64,000 nt of DNA from Candidatus Latescibacterota bacterium (GCA_963707635.1 OY970173.1:2368001-2432000), one strand, 5' to 3'. Shown: positions 9,474 to 20,395, counted from the stretch's first letter. The notes: generated from the sequence alone by a model not told the origin. A program made the numbers and translations.

Positions 9474-10211
9474 TCAATACCCGATCAGGAGGCGCTCGGC
9501 GAGCACCGGCGGCAGGCCGGCGCGGAGTATCTTCTCCGCCGCCTTCTCGCGGTCGTAGCGCACCCGGTGGAGATACACCGACTCGTCTGCGTCGTCGAAT
9601 ATCGCGTAGGCGGCGTCCGGGTTGCCGTCGCGCGGCTGGCCCACGCTGCCCACGTTCATCACGTAGCGGTGCTTGTCCAACTCCAGCGGCAGCACCGCGG
9701 CCGACGGAAAGCGCTGGACGGTGCCGTCGTCCACGAACACGACCGGCGAATGCGAGTGCCCGATGAACGCGGCGCGGTGGGGCGCCATGGCGTCGAACGC
9801 GCGCTCGGCCCCGACCTGGTCCAGCACGTATTCCCATTCCTCGGGGCGGAACGGAGACGCGTGCACGGCCATGAAGCGCGCGTGATCCCGGTACACGTAG
9901 GGCAGCGAGCGGAGGTACTCGACGTTCTCGGGGGTGAGGTGAAGCTCGCTGAAATGGATGCCCTGGAGCGCTACTTCGTGGAAAAACGTGCGCTCGTGGG
10001 TGTCGACCGCGGCGGCGTCGTGGTTGCCCTTCAGACACACGACCTGCGGCAGCGACCGCACCCGGTCGACGCACTCGTTGGGGTTGGCGCCGTACCCGAT
10101 CACGTCGCCCAGGCACACGTGGCGATCGACGTCCAGACGCTGCGCGTGCGCGAGCACAGCCTCGAGCGCTTCGAGGTTGCCGTGCACGTCGGAAAATACC
10201 GCGTACTTCAC
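9474..10211 (-). CDS. Calcineurin-like metallophosphoesterase
   Basis: SDVHGN, LGDVIGYG, GNHD, GHSH, NVGSVGQPRDG. Confidence 0.92.
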   Translation of the reverse strand: MKYAVFSDVHGNLEALEAVLAHAQRLDVDRHVCLGDVIGYGANPNECVDRVRSLPQVVCLKGNHDAAAVDTHERTFFHEVALQGIHFSELHLTPENVEYLRSLPYVYRDHARFMAVHASPFRPEEWEYVLDQVGAERAFDAMAPHRAAFIGHSHSPVVFVDDGTVQRFPSAAVLPLELDKHRYVMNVGSVGQPRDGNPDAAYAIFDDADESVYLHRVRYDREKAAEKILRAGLPPVLAERLLIGY

Positions 10212-10624
10212 GGGGCGTCCTTCCTGAATTCCTTCACCAGGCGATCCAGCACTCCGTTCACGAACCGGCCCGCTTCTTCGGAGCTGTAACGATTCGCGAT
10301 TTCGATGGCCTCGTCGATGATGACGTTCGAGGGCACGTCGGGAAAGAACAGCACCTCCGCCAGCGCGAAGCGCAGGATGTTGCGATCGACGAGCGATACC
10401 CGCTCCAGGTCCCAGTTGTCCAGGAACGATCGCAGCACCTGGTCGAGCTGCGCCCGCTCTTCCATCGTCTTCAGAAACAGGTCGCGCGCCCGTTCGGCCC
10501 CCTCTTCCGAGGGCCCGCGGCGCCCGATCTGCGCGGCCACGATTTCGGGCGCGGGGCGGTCCGAAAACTCCGCCTCGTACAGCGCCTGTAGCACGAGCTC
10601 CCTCGCTCTTCGTCGCTTCCCCAT
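10208..10624 (-). CDS. nusB: Transcription antitermination factor NusB
   Basis: MGKRRRARELVLQALY...VDRNILR...IIDEAIEIA...FVNGVLD; follows ribH. Confidence 0.95.
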   Translation of the reverse strand: MGKRRRARELVLQALYEAEFSDRPAPEIVAAQIGRRGPSEEGAERARDLFLKTMEERAQLDQVLRSFLDNWDLERVSLVDRNILRFALAEVLFFPDVPSNVIIDEAIEIANRYSSEEAGRFVNGVLDRLVKEFRKDAP

Positions 10625-10626
10625 GC

Positions 10627-11088
10627 CTAGGCCCGGAACTGCGCCATCAGTTCGACCAGCGCGACCGCCGCGTTCCACCCCGCGTTGCCGTGCTTGCCGC
10701 CGGCGCGCTCGAGTGCCTGCTCGAGCGTATCGGTCGTGAGCACACCCAGAGTCATGGGAACGCCGGTCGCGAGCGCGGCGCTCTCGATCGACTGCACCAC
10801 CGTCGCCGACAGGACCTCGTAGTGCGACGTCTCCCCGCGAATGATGGCACCCGCCCACACCACACCGTCCGCCCGTCCGTCCTTCGCCAGCCGCGCGGCG
10901 AGCTGCGGGATCTCGAACGCGCCGGCTACCCAGTATATCGCGATCGCGTCGTCCTGCACACCGTGCGCGCGCAGACCCTCGACCGCGCCCTTGACCAGGC
11001 GGTCGGTCACGGCCTCGTTGAAGCGGCTGGCCACCACCGCCACCCGCCGCCCGGACGCGTCGAGTCGGGCGCGGCGCTCATTTGCCAT
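10627..11088 (-). CDS. ribH: 6,7-dimethyl-8-ribityllumazine synthase
   Basis: [37 protein letters not shown]. Confidence 0.96.
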   Translation of the reverse strand: MANERRARLDASGRRVAVVASRFNEAVTDRLVKGAVEGLRAHGVQDDAIAIYWVAGAFEIPQLAARLAKDGRADGVVWAGAIIRGETSHYEVLSATVVQSIESAALATGVPMTLGVLTTDTLEQALERAGGKHGNAGWNAAVALVELMAQFRA

Positions 11089-12325
11089 GCGGCGGTCCCC
11101 CGCCCACCACCGGAGCGGTGAGCGCCTGGTTGAGCATGTGGCCGAGCTTGTCGCGCTTGGCCGCGAGATAGCGCCGGTTGGAGTCGTTGGCGGGAATCTC
11201 GATGGAGACGCGGTCGACGACCTCGAGTCCGAAGGCCGACAGGCCGACGACCTTCTTCGGGTTGTTGGTCAAAAGCCGCATCTTGCCCACGCCGAGGTCG
11301 GCGAGAATCTGCGCCCCCACGCCGTAGTCGCGCAGGTCCGCCGGAAACCCGAGCGCCTCGTTGGCTTCGACGGTGTCGTGGCCCTCGTCCTGCAGCGCGT
11401 AGGCGCGAATCTTGTTCTCGAGCCCGATGCCGCGTCCCTCCTGATTCATGTAGAGGAGCACGCCGCACCCGGCCTCTTCGATCAGGTCCATCGCGGTGTG
11501 GAGCTGCGGCCCGCAGTCGCAGCGCAGCGACCCGAACACATCGCCGGTGAAACACTGCGAGTGCACGCGCACCAGCGTGGGCTCGTCCCGGCGCGGCGCG
11601 CCCTTGACGAGCGCGATGTGGTTGTGGCCGCTCGCCAGACTCCGGTAGAGGTACAGCTCGAACTCGCCGGAGCCGGTCGGAAAGTGGATCTGCTGAATCT
11701 TCTCGATCAGCCGCTCGGTGCGGCGGCGGTAGGCGATCAGGTCGGCGATGGTCACGATCTTGAGCTCCAGGCTCGCCGCCAGCTCGACCAGTCGCGGCAG
11801 CCTCGCCATCGAGCCGTCCTCGTCCAGCACTTCGCACAGCACCCCGGCCGGCGACAACCCCGCCAGGCGGGTGAGGTCGACGGTGGCCTCGGTGTGCCCG
11901 GCGCGGCGCAGCACCCCGCCCGGTTTCGCCACCAGCGGAAAGATGTGCCCCGGCCGCGCGAAGTCCTCCGGGCGCGTCGACGGATCGACCAGCGCCTGGA
12001 TGGTCGACGCCCGGTCGTGCGCGCTGATGCCGGTGGTGGTCCCCCCGACCAGGTCGACCGACACCGTGAACGCGGTGCCGAGCTTGCACGTGTTCTCGGG
12101 CACCATCGGCGCCAGCTCGAGCGCTCCGGCGCGTTCGCTGGTCAGCGGGACGCAGATCAGCCCGCGCGCGTAGCGCGCGAGGAAGTTGATCTTCTCGGGG
12201 GTCGCTTTTTCCGCCGCGAGAATCATGTCGCCTTCGTTCTCGCGCTCGGCGTCGTCGACGACGATCACGATGCCGCCGCTCCGGATCTCGGCGATGGCCT
12301 CTTCGATGGTGCAGAACGGACCCAT
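11078..12325 (-). CDS. ribBA: Bifunctional DHBP synthase / GTP cyclohydrolase II
   Basis: [55 protein letters not shown]. Confidence 0.97.
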   Translation of the reverse strand: MGPFCTIEEAIAEIRSGGIVIVVDDAERENEGDMILAAEKATPEKINFLARYARGLICVPLTSERAGALELAPMVPENTCKLGTAFTVSVDLVGGTTTGISAHDRASTIQALVDPSTRPEDFARPGHIFPLVAKPGGVLRRAGHTEATVDLTRLAGLSPAGVLCEVLDEDGSMARLPRLVELAASLELKIVTIADLIAYRRRTERLIEKIQQIHFPTGSGEFELYLYRSLASGHNHIALVKGAPRRDEPTLVRVHSQCFTGDVFGSLRCDCGPQLHTAMDLIEEAGCGVLLYMNQEGRGIGLENKIRAYALQDEGHDTVEANEALGFPADLRDYGVGAQILADLGVGKMRLLTNNPKKVVGLSAFGLEVVDRVSIEIPANDSNRRYLAAKRDKLGHMLNQALTAPVVGGGPPHGK

Positions 12326-12369
12326 GGACACAACCGTCTCCTTCCGATTTCGACCGGCCGTTCCCCGCC

Positions 12370-12987
12370 TTAGCGGGGCACCGCCGGATACAGGCGCCTC
12401 ACGTACTCGCGCACATACTTGGCCACGACGTCGGCCTCGACATTCACGCGCCGGCCCGGCGCGTACCGTGCCGCGATCGTCACCGCCAGCGTGTGCGGCA
12501 CCAGCGCGATCTCGACGCGCCCCTCGTCGCCGCGCCGCGCGACGGTGAGACTCACGCCGTCGATCGCGATCGATCCCTTGTCCACGCACAGGTCGTACAC
12601 GTCCGCGGGGACGACGACGTCGAGCCAGGCGCCGCCCGCCTCGCCGGGCGCACGCGTGAGCGAGACCACCCGCCCGACCCCGTCCACGTGCCCCTGCACG
12701 AGGTGCCCGCCGAGCGCGCGCTCGAGCGTGGCAGCGCGTTCGACGTTGACCCCGTCGCCGGCCGCGAGCTCGGCGAGCGTGGTGCGCGCGAGCGTCTCCG
12801 CCACCGCGGTCACCTCGAAGCCGCGGGCGTCCGCCCGCTCCACCGTGAGGCACACGCCGTTTACGGCGACGCTGTCGCCGATCGCCGGGGCCGACGCCAG
12901 CGCGACCTCGAACCCGAAGACGCGCGCGTCAGCAACACTGCGAACGCTGCCAACCCGGCCGACGGCTTCGACGATGCCTGTGAACAC
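12370..12987 (-). CDS. ribE: Riboflavin synthase alpha chain
   Basis: (M)FTGIVE N-terminus from a GTG start, [34 protein letters not shown]. Confidence 0.96.
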   Translation of the reverse strand: MFTGIVEAVGRVGSVRSVADARVFGFEVALASAPAIGDSVAVNGVCLTVERADARGFEVTAVAETLARTTLAELAAGDGVNVERAATLERALGGHLVQGHVDGVGRVVSLTRAPGEAGGAWLDVVVPADVYDLCVDKGSIAIDGVSLTVARRGDEGRVEIALVPHTLAVTIAARYAPGRRVNVEADVVAKYVREYVRRLYPAVPR

Positions 12988-12994
12988 GCCGGCC

Positions 12995-14182
12995 TCACCC
13001 TCCGGAGCGCGCAAGCCACGCGCCGAGCGGTTCCCAGGTCCGCGGGTTCACATACCGTCGCCGCACGTCGTCGCCCACCGCCGCTTCGTCGACCAGCTGT
13101 CCCGGCCACGCCGCGTCGTGCGCGCGCGCATCGCCCTCGAACCACGGCACCCCGGGGCCGAACCCGACCGGCGACCGGTACCACCACAGGGCGTCCCACG
13201 CGCCCGCGCGCAGAAAACTCCCGAGCAGCCGCGGCCCGCCTTCCACCAGGATGCGTTCGTATCCGAGTGCCCCGAGGCGGGTCACCGCCTGGCGAACGTC
13301 CACGCCGGCGCCCGCGAGCTCGCAGCCCATCACGCGGCCTCCGTGCGCCTCGATGGTCCGCGCTCTCTCGGCGTCCACGCGCGGTCCGGTCACGACCACG
13401 AAGGTCCGCCCGGCGCGCGACCAGGCGTTGTCCGCGTCCATGCGCAGGTGGGTGTCGATCACGACCGGCATCGGCTCGCGCTCGACGCCACTCTCGAGCA
13501 GTCGGCAGTCGAGGCGGGGACGATCCACGAGCGCGGTCTCGATGCCGACCACGACCGCGTCGTGCAGCGCGCGCAACTCGTGCACCTCGCGCCGGGCGGC
13601 CACACCGGTCACATCGTCGCGCTGCCCGCGCGCGCGCGCCGCCATGCCGTCGGCGGACGCGGCGATCTTGAGCGTCACGGTCGGACCGCGGCCGAGCCGC
13701 TGGCGGTAGTACCCGAGGTTCTCGAGGACTGCCGCCACCGCGTGCGCACCGACGTCGACGCGAACACCGCGCTCGCGCAATCGCGCGATCCCGGCGCCGT
13801 TGACGCGCGGGTCGGGGTCCAGCGCCGGCACCACCACCCGCGCGATGCCCGCCTCGAGGATGCGCTCTGTGCACGGCGGCGTGTGGCCGTGGTGGGCGCA
13901 TGGTTCGAGGCTGACGTAGAGCGTGGCCCCGCGCGCCTGTTCCCCCGCCGCGTCGAGTGCCAGTGCTTCGGCGTGGGCGTCTCCGAAGCGGCGGTGGTAT
14001 GCCGACGCGACCTCCCGGCCGCTCGAAACCACCACGGCGCCGACGATCGGGTTGGGCCAGGCGCGTCCGGCTCCGAGCCGGGCAAGCTGAATCGCGCGGG
14101 TCATGAAGTCCCGGTCGAGAGCGGCCTGATCGCGCTCGCTCGCAGGCAGGTCCTGGCGCTGGGTCAACACGATAACGGACAA
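12995..14182 (-). CDS. ribD: Bifunctional pyrimidine deaminase/reductase RibD
   Basis: PNPIVGAVVV, HAE, LEPCAHHGHTPPC, ILVEGG. Start uncertain (TTG 14182 or a downstream ATG). Confidence 0.95.
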   Translation of the reverse strand: MSVIVLTQRQDLPASERDQAALDRDFMTRAIQLARLGAGRAWPNPIVGAVVVSSGREVASAYHRRFGDAHAEALALDAAGEQARGATLYVSLEPCAHHGHTPPCTERILEAGIARVVVPALDPDPRVNGAGIARLRERGVRVDVGAHAVAAVLENLGYYRQRLGRGPTVTLKIAASADGMAARARGQRDDVTGVAARREVHELRALHDAVVVGIETALVDRPRLDCRLLESGVEREPMPVVIDTHLRMDADNAWSRAGRTFVVVTGPRVDAERARTIEAHGGRVMGCELAGAGVDVRQAVTRLGALGYERILVEGGPRLLGSFLRAGAWDALWWYRSPVGFGPGVPWFEGDARAHDAAWPGQLVDEAAVGDDVRRRYVNPRTWEPLGAWLARSGG

Positions 14183-14291
14183 CTTTTCAATTAGTTGCGG
14201 GTCAAGTCACCAGCTGTTTCGATGGGAGTCCCGGCCGGAAGGACCGCGCACGCGCGCGCCCGGCACCGCGGAGGGCAAGAGCAGCAAGGTC

Positions 14292-14404
14292 ACCTTCTCC
14301 CATCCAGACTTTGACTGTCGGCCCCGGAGTTGCACCGGATCTGCGGATGTTCCGCTCGCGGGCTATACCGCCGGTGGGGACTTGCACCCCGCCCTGAAGG
14401 TTTC
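14292..14404 (-). ncRNA. FMN riboswitch (RFN element)
   Basis: Reverse complement reads CCTTCAGGGCGGGGTGCAAGTCCCCACCGGCGGTATAGCCCGCGAGC...GCAGATCCGGTGCAACTCCGGGGCCGACAGTCAAAGTCTGGATGGGAGAAGG, matching the RFN consensus, directly upstream of ribD. Confidence 0.96.
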
Positions 14405-14412
14405 CAGCTCCC

Positions 14413-14442
14413 AATATCGCCCACATGCGGCGGGCATGTCAA
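14413..14442 (-). promoter_or_regulatory. Putative sigma70 promoter of the riboswitch/rib operon
   Basis: TTGACA-N18-GATATT just 5' of the riboswitch. Confidence 0.55.
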
Positions 14443-14471
14443 GCTGGCGGAAATTGCCGGCCGGGAGGAAG

Positions 14472-15353
14472 TTAGGACCCGAGCAGGGCGTCGACGAAGT
14501 CCTCGGCGACGAACGGCCCGAAATCGTCGATGCCTTCGCCCACGCCGATGTAGCGGACGGGAATCCCCAGGCTCTCCGCGACGGCGATCACGACCCCGCC
14601 GCGCGCCGTGCTGTCGAGTTTGGTCAGAATCACGCCGTCCGCCGCCAGGCGGCGCGTGAACTCCTGAGCCTGCACCAGGCTGTTCTGCCCCAGGGTCGCG
14701 TCCAGCACCAGGTAGGTGGCGACCGCGTCGGGCCCGAACGCCTTCTGACACACGCGGCGGATCTTCGCCAGTTCCTCCATCAGGTTCGCGCGCGTGTGCA
14801 GCCGCCCGGCCGTGTCGACGATCACCACGTCCGCACCGCGCGCCTTCGCCGCCGTGCACGCGTCGTGGGCCACCGCCGCGGGGTCGCCGCCTTCGCGGTG
14901 GCGGACGATCTCGACGCCGGCGCGTTGTGCCCAGATCGCGAGCTGGTCGGCGGCAGCGGCGCGAAACGTGTCGCACGCCGCCACGATCACCTGGTGGCCC
15001 TGGCCCCGCAGAAAGTACGCGAGCTTCCCGATGCTCGTGGTCTTGCCCGCTCCGTTGATTCCGACCACCAGCATCGCGCGCGGCGTCGGAGTCGCGGCGG
15101 TCTCCGCCGCCGGCCGCGCAAGCATCTCCAGGAACTGGTCGCGGATCACGCGGCGATAGTCGGCCGGCGAATGCGCGCGCAGCGCGCGCAGCACGCGCTC
15201 GGTCGCGTCCACCCCGACGTCCGCCGAGAGCAACAATGCCTCCAGCGCGTCGGTGTCCAGGGCCGACGGCGCGTCGTCGCGCTGGAAGACGCGCGCCAGC
15301 GGGGCCGCGAGGCTCTCGCGCGCACGCTTCAGCTTCTCTCGCAGGTTGAACAC
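14472..15353 (-). CDS. ftsY: SRP receptor FtsY (short form, no acidic domain)
   Basis: [39 protein letters not shown]. Confidence 0.96.
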   Translation of the reverse strand: MFNLREKLKRARESLAAPLARVFQRDDAPSALDTDALEALLLSADVGVDATERVLRALRAHSPADYRRVIRDQFLEMLARPAAETAATPTPRAMLVVGINGAGKTTSIGKLAYFLRGQGHQVIVAACDTFRAAAADQLAIWAQRAGVEIVRHREGGDPAAVAHDACTAAKARGADVVIVDTAGRLHTRANLMEELAKIRRVCQKAFGPDAVATYLVLDATLGQNSLVQAQEFTRRLAADGVILTKLDSTARGGVVIAVAESLGIPVRYIGVGEGIDDFGPFVAEDFVDALLGS

Positions 15354-15392
15354 GTTGGCATCGCGGCGCGCGGCGCGCGCCGCCGGAGGGCG

Positions 15393-18300
15393 CTAGGCCA
15401 GCGACGCGGCGTCCGCCACCGGCACCACGCCGCGCACCTTGAAGCGCTCGGCGTCGTCCAGGCGCACCGAGATCAGTTTCGACACGCCGGGTTCCTCCAT
15501 GGTGACCCCGTAGAGGTTGTCGGCGGCCTCCATCGTCTTCTTGTTGTGAGTGATGACGATGAACTGGGTGCGGTCGGTGAACGAGCGCAGGAGTTTCACG
15601 AAGCGGCCGATGTTGGCGTCGTCGAGCGGCGCGTCGACCTCGTCGAACACGCAGAACGGGCTCGGCTTGACCAGGTAGATGGCGAACAGGAGCGACAGCG
15701 CCACCAGCGAGCGCTCGCCGCTCGACAGGCTGGATATGTCGTGCAGCTTCTTCCCGCGCGGGCTGGCCACGATCTTGATGTTGGCCTCCAACGGGTCGTC
15801 CGAATCCACGAAGAACAGGTCCGCCTCGCCGCCGTCGAACAGCGTCATGAAGGTCTGCTTGAAGTTCTCGCGCACCTGCTCGAAGGTCTCGCCGAGCAGC
15901 CGCCGCGCCTCCTTGTTGATGCGGCGAATCGCCTGCACCAACGAATCCTTGGCCTCGTCGAGGTCGAGTTTCTGCTTCGAGAGAAAATCGAAGCGCTCCT
16001 TCTTCTCGTCGTGCTCGCTCATCGCCAGCATGTTGACCGGGCCGAATTCGTCGAGGCGCTTGCGCAGCTCGTCCAGCTCCTCGCGGCTCACCGCCTCCCA
16101 CTCCGCGGCGTCGAACCCCGACCGGTCCTTCACGAGCTGCTCGAGGTCCTGCCCGAACTTCTCGCGTCCCTTTTCGAGCAGCCCGGCGATGCGGGTGTCC
16201 AGCGTCGCCATCTCCACGTTGACGCGCTCGATGTTGGCCCGCTTGATCTCGCGCTGGTCCTTCATGCCGCGCAGCTCCGCGTCGAGCGCGTCGCGCGACG
16301 CCTTGAGGCCGGCGTAGTTCTCGCTCGTGGTTTCGATGTCCGCCTCGACCTGGCGCTTCTCGCCGTGCAGGCGCGTCACCGCCACGCGCGTCGAGGCCAT
16401 GTCCTCGGTACTCAATCGGATCTGCTCCTCGGCGCGACGGCGGTCCTCTTCCCGCGCGGTGACCAGCGCCAGCAGTTCCTCGGCGAGCTTCTCGGAGTTG
16501 CGCACCCGCGCCTCCGCCGCCTCGGCCTCCGCCGCCACCGACACCTCCGCCAGGCGCGCGGCGCCCACTTCCTCCGCGAGGTGTTCGCGCTCGCGCTCGA
16601 CGCCGAGCGCGCGCTCCTCGAGGGCGGCGAGGTCCGCCCCGTCCAGCGCCGAGGCGGCGTCGGGTTGCGCGGCCACGCGCCGCGAGGACTCGAGCCGCGG
16701 ACGGAGCTGCTGAATCGCCTCGCGGGTCTCGGCGATGCCCTGCTCGAGCGACGTGATCTTCTCCTTGACCCGCACCAGGTGCAGTTCGGCCGCGCGCCGG
16801 CGCTCCACCAGCGCGTCGTAGGTGCGCTCCTCGGAAACCAGCGTGGCGCGAATCTCGCCGATCTCGCGCTGCACGCGTTCGCGGTCCGCCGCCAGTTCGG
16901 CGCGCCGCAGGCGCAAACCGCGCTCGTCGACCTCGACGGCAGCGATGGCCCGCTCGAGCTCCGCGAGCTTCGAGCGCAGCTCGAGGATGGTGGCCTCGAT
17001 GTCCTCGTTGCCGGCGACCAGGATGCGCCCGGGGCCGTCGAAGAAGACGCCGTCGAGGGTCGCGATGCGCGTCGCCGCGCCCTGCTCGATCAGGCGCAGG
17101 GCCGTGTCGACGTCTTCGACCACGACCACGCCCTGGAGGTACGCGACCAGGTACGCGGAGACACTCGGGTCGCAATCGAGCAGCTCGCGCGCCGGCCCGA
17201 TGACCCCATCGCCCCGCGGGAGCGCCCCCTCGGTGGTGAATACGTCCGGGAACAGGATCTGCACGCGCCCGGCGTCGCCGCGCCGGTACGAGCGCAGCCA
17301 TTCCATCGCGTCGCGGCGCGACCCGGCGACCACGCCCTTCAGGATCGGGGCGAGGGCGGCTTCGAAGCAGCGCCGGTAGCGTTTCTCCACCCGAACCAGG
17401 TCGGAAAGCACGCCGGCCAGCGCCCCGTGACGGCGGAGCTCCTCGCCCGTGCGCGCGTGCTCTTCGTGGATGCGGCTCATGAACTCGCGCTTCTCGCCCA
17501 GCTTGGCGAGCGAGAGCGCAACCCCGGCCAGGTCGGCGTCACAGCCCGCGATAGCGGCGCCCGCGGACTCGAGCGCGTCGGCGAGGCCGGCGAGTGCTTT
17601 CTGTTTGGCGGTGAGTACGCCGTGCTGCGACGCCACCGCCGCTTCGATGGCGCCGAGTTCCTCCACGCGCGTGGTCTCTTCGCCCGAGAGTTCGTCGAGT
17701 TGCGACTCGACCGTATCCTGCCGCTGCGCGAGGTCGGAGAGCGTCGCCTCGATGTGCTCGAGCGCGCCCGTCTCCTTCGCCTGCTCGCGCACCAGGTCGA
17801 GGGCCAGCTGCTTGTGCCGGCGCAGCGCGCCGCGCGCCTCCTCGAGGCGCTGATTGGCTTCGCGCAGCGTGGTTTCCTTCGCGGCCAGGAGCGTGCGCGT
17901 CGCGGCCAGCGACTCGCGCTTCGCGACCGCGGCGGCGCGGGCCTCGCCCAGCTCGGCGCCGATCGACTCCATCCGCGTTCGCGCCCGGGCCACCTCGTCG
18001 GTGTCTTCCGCGATTCGCGCGCGGCTCGCGTTCACGCGCTCGGTGTGCACGGCGACGCGTTCGTCGTGCTGTTGCAGGGCGGTGCTGAGGGAGAAGCGCG
18101 ATTCGTGCAGGTCCTGCAGGCGCTTCTCGAACTCCGCGGACTCCACGCGCATCTCCTGGAGCCGATTCTCGCGAATCGCGATCTCGTTCTCGTCGACCAG
18201 GCGGACGTTCTCGTGGGTGGCGCGCTCGGCGAGCAGCGCGTCGCGACGGCCGAGGTATTCGAACAGCGCCCCCTTGAGCAGCGCGATCTCCATGACGTCG

Positions 18301-18965
18301 GCCTGCTCCTTCAGCGACTGGTAGCGCCGCGCCTTCCCCATCTGGTACTTCAGCGAGCGCAGCTCCTTGTCCAATTCATTCAAGATGTCGACCAGCCGCA
18401 GCAGGTCCTGCTCGGTCGCCTTGATCTTGCGCTCCGCCTCCTCGCGCTGGATGCGGTAGCGCATGATCCCCGCCGCCTCCTCGAGCAGGTGGCGCTTCTC
18501 GTCCTCCTTCTCGGAGAGCACCTTGTCGATCATGTCGCGCTCGATGATCGCGTACGCGCTGTTGCCGAGCCCGGTGTCGACCAGGAGCCCGCGGACGTCC
18601 TTGAGCCGGACCGGGGCGCCGTTGACCAGGTACTCGCTGACCCCGCTGCGGTACAGGCGGCGCCCGATCTTGACTTCTTCGTACTCGAGGTTGAGGGAGT
18701 GGTCCTCGTTGCCGAGGGTAAGGTAGACCTCGGCCATGCCGAGGGGCTTGCGCAGCCGCGTCCCGTTGAACAGGACGTTTTCCATCTTGGTGTTGCGGAG
18801 CATGCGGGTGCGCTGCTCGCCCAGCACCCAGCGGATCGAATCCACCACGTTGGACTTGCCGCACCCGTTGGGGCCGATGATCGCCGTCACCCCGCCCGAA
18901 AAATCGAGCTCGATGCGGGACATGAACGATTTGAACCCGGCGATTTCGAGCTTGCGCAGCTGCAA
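15393..18965 (-). CDS. smc: Chromosome segregation protein SMC
   Basis: GFKSF, GPNGCGKSNVVD, coiled coils and hinge, LSSGERSL, FDEVDAPLDDAN, ITHNK. Confidence 0.97.
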   Translation of the reverse strand: MQLRKLEIAGFKSFMSRIELDFSGGVTAIIGPNGCGKSNVVDSIRWVLGEQRTRMLRNTKMENVLFNGTRLRKPLGMAEVYLTLGNEDHSLNLEYEEVKIGRRLYRSGVSEYLVNGAPVRLKDVRGLLVDTGLGNSAYAIIERDMIDKVLSEKEDEKRHLLEEAAGIMRYRIQREEAERKIKATEQDLLRLVDILNELDKELRSLKYQMGKARRYQSLKEQADVMEIALLKGALFEYLGRRDALLAERATHENVRLVDENEIAIRENRLQEMRVESAEFEKRLQDLHESRFSLSTALQQHDERVAVHTERVNASRARIAEDTDEVARARTRMESIGAELGEARAAAVAKRESLAATRTLLAAKETTLREANQRLEEARGALRRHKQLALDLVREQAKETGALEHIEATLSDLAQRQDTVESQLDELSGEETTRVEELGAIEAAVASQHGVLTAKQKALAGLADALESAGAAIAGCDADLAGVALSLAKLGEKREFMSRIHEEHARTGEELRRHGALAGVLSDLVRVEKRYRRCFEAALAPILKGVVAGSRRDAMEWLRSYRRGDAGRVQILFPDVFTTEGALPRGDGVIGPARELLDCDPSVSAYLVAYLQGVVVVEDVDTALRLIEQGAATRIATLDGVFFDGPGRILVAGNEDIEATILELRSKLAELERAIAAVEVDERGLRLRRAELAADRERVQREIGEIRATLVSEERTYDALVERRRAAELHLVRVKEKITSLEQGIAETREAIQQLRPRLESSRRVAAQPDAASALDGADLAALEERALGVEREREHLAEEVGAARLAEVSVAAEAEAAEARVRNSEKLAEELLALVTAREEDRRRAEEQIRLSTEDMASTRVAVTRLHGEKRQVEADIETTSENYAGLKASRDALDAELRGMKDQREIKRANIERVNVEMATLDTRIAGLLEKGREKFGQDLEQLVKDRSGFDAAEWEAVSREELDELRKRLDEFGPVNMLAMSEHDEKKERFDFLSKQKLDLDEAKDSLVQAIRRINKEARRLLGETFEQVRENFKQTFMTLFDGGEADLFFVDSDDPLEANIKIVASPRGKKLHDISSLSSGERSLVALSLLFAIYLVKPSPFCVFDEVDAPLDDANIGRFVKLLRSFTDRTQFIVITHNKKTMEAADNLYGVTMEEPGVSKLISVRLDDAERFKVRGVVPVADAASLA

Positions 18966-19014
18966 GACGGCCCCCGACTCAAGGATTGTGGCGTCGCGAC
19001 GCGACGTTTATGGC

Positions 19015-20373
19015 TTATTCCGGAATCGTCGCGATGCGAGTAAATCGCACCTGCGGGATGGCGTCCAGATTTTTTTTGACCTCCTGCGCCTCCTCGCGGG
19101 TTTCGAACGGGCCGGCGTAGACGCGGTACCACTTCCCCTTCGGGCCCAGGTCCAGGAACACGATGAAGACCGGGAATTCGCGGCTCTGGAAAAACGCCAC
19201 TTCCTCGCGGGCGCGAATCGACGCCTGGAACGAGCTGATGTGGATCAGGAACCAGCCGCGGTAGTTGCGCACGACGTCGTCCATCACGTGGATGTCGGCG
19301 GGGTTGAGCAGAACGGTGCCGCCGCTCTTCCCTCCCGTGTCCGCCGGATTGACCGGCGCGCGAAACAACGGAGAGGCGGTGGTATCGGCCGCAGCGGGCG
19401 TGGTCGCGCCGGCGAGCGCGGTGTCGCGCGCCGCGACCGCCGCCGAATCCAACGGCGGGGGCGCGGGGACGGCGGGCTTGCCGGCCGACGTCGTGACGGA
19501 CGATGGATTCTTGGTGGAGGACCGGTTCTGGGACAGCCACCACCCCACGAACGCGATCACGACCAGGCCGAAGATCACGATCGCGAGGCGCGGGGCGAGC
19601 GACGATGCCCGGGTGTCCGCGGGCGCGAGTGCCGCCGCGGGTCGCGGCCGCGGCGCGGGTTTCGGCGCCGGGGCGGCGGGCCGCAGGGCGGGCTCCCGCG
19701 CGGGAGCAGCCGGGGCGGCTGGGGCGGCCCCAAGACGAAGACTCCAGACTTCCGCCCGTCCCCCTGCGACCGTCTCTTCGGCAGAATCCAGTTTTCCGTC
19801 CCGCGCGGAAGCGCGCACCAGCGCCACCACGTCGACCGCGCGGGCGAGCGGGTGCACGCCGCCGGTTTCGTCGAAGAGCGGGCCCACGAACAGGACACAG
19901 CGCGCGTGGGCCACGAGCCGTCGCGCCGCGTCCTCGAATGCGCTCTCGACGAACGGCATGCGCTTGGTCACCGGGAACGACCCGGCGCCCACGATATGGA
20001 CGCCGCCGTGCGCCTCCTGGGTGATGACGCCGATGGAACTCCCGTAGAGCAGGAAGTCGAGCAGGCCCAGCGCGTCCTTCTGGGGCACCACGCCGTGGAG
20101 ACCCGCGCGGACGAAATCGCAGTCGACCAAGAGCGTCGAGGGCACGTGTGCGATCAGCGTCTTCGCCAGCGCGAATGCCAGGTGGTCGCGCGAGCGCGCC
20201 CCGTCGTCGTCGGCGCAGACATAGATCGAGAGCGGCGCCTCGGCGACGCGCCGCGAGACGGTGGCGACCAGCGCCTGCAGCGGCTCGACCAGCGCCTCGG
20301 GGAGGTCGCCCTGCGCCGCCGCGTGCAGCGAATCGGCCGTCAGCGAGAATTGGTAGGCGGAGATTCGACTCAT
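19015..20373 (-). CDS. SPOR-domain membrane protein with an N-terminal degenerate MinD/BY-kinase-like domain
   Basis: C-terminal IHISSFQ...WYRVYAGPFETREEA (SPOR); one TM helix; Pro/Ala linkers; N-terminal LAFALAK...LLVDCDF...GLLDFL...HIVGAG. Confidence 0.75.
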   Translation of the reverse strand: MSRISAYQFSLTADSLHAAAQGDLPEALVEPLQALVATVSRRVAEAPLSIYVCADDDGARSRDHLAFALAKTLIAHVPSTLLVDCDFVRAGLHGVVPQKDALGLLDFLLYGSSIGVITQEAHGGVHIVGAGSFPVTKRMPFVESAFEDAARRLVAHARCVLFVGPLFDETGGVHPLARAVDVVALVRASARDGKLDSAEETVAGGRAEVWSLRLGAAPAAPAAPAREPALRPAAPAPKPAPRPRPAAALAPADTRASSLAPRLAIVIFGLVVIAFVGWWLSQNRSSTKNPSSVTTSAGKPAVPAPPPLDSAAVAARDTALAGATTPAAADTTASPLFRAPVNPADTGGKSGGTVLLNPADIHVMDDVVRNYRGWFLIHISSFQASIRAREEVAFFQSREFPVFIVFLDLGPKGKWYRVYAGPFETREEAQEVKKNLDAIPQVRFTRIATIPE

Positions 20374-20395
20374 AGATGAAGAGACCGGGTGCCGG

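Noticed and set aside
14382..19043. 1553-aa plus-strand ORF, and many other long antisense or alternate-frame ORFs
   Set aside because: These are shadow ORFs antisense to ftsY/smc, expected at this GC content. They are Arg/Ala/Gly-rich with no recognisable motifs.
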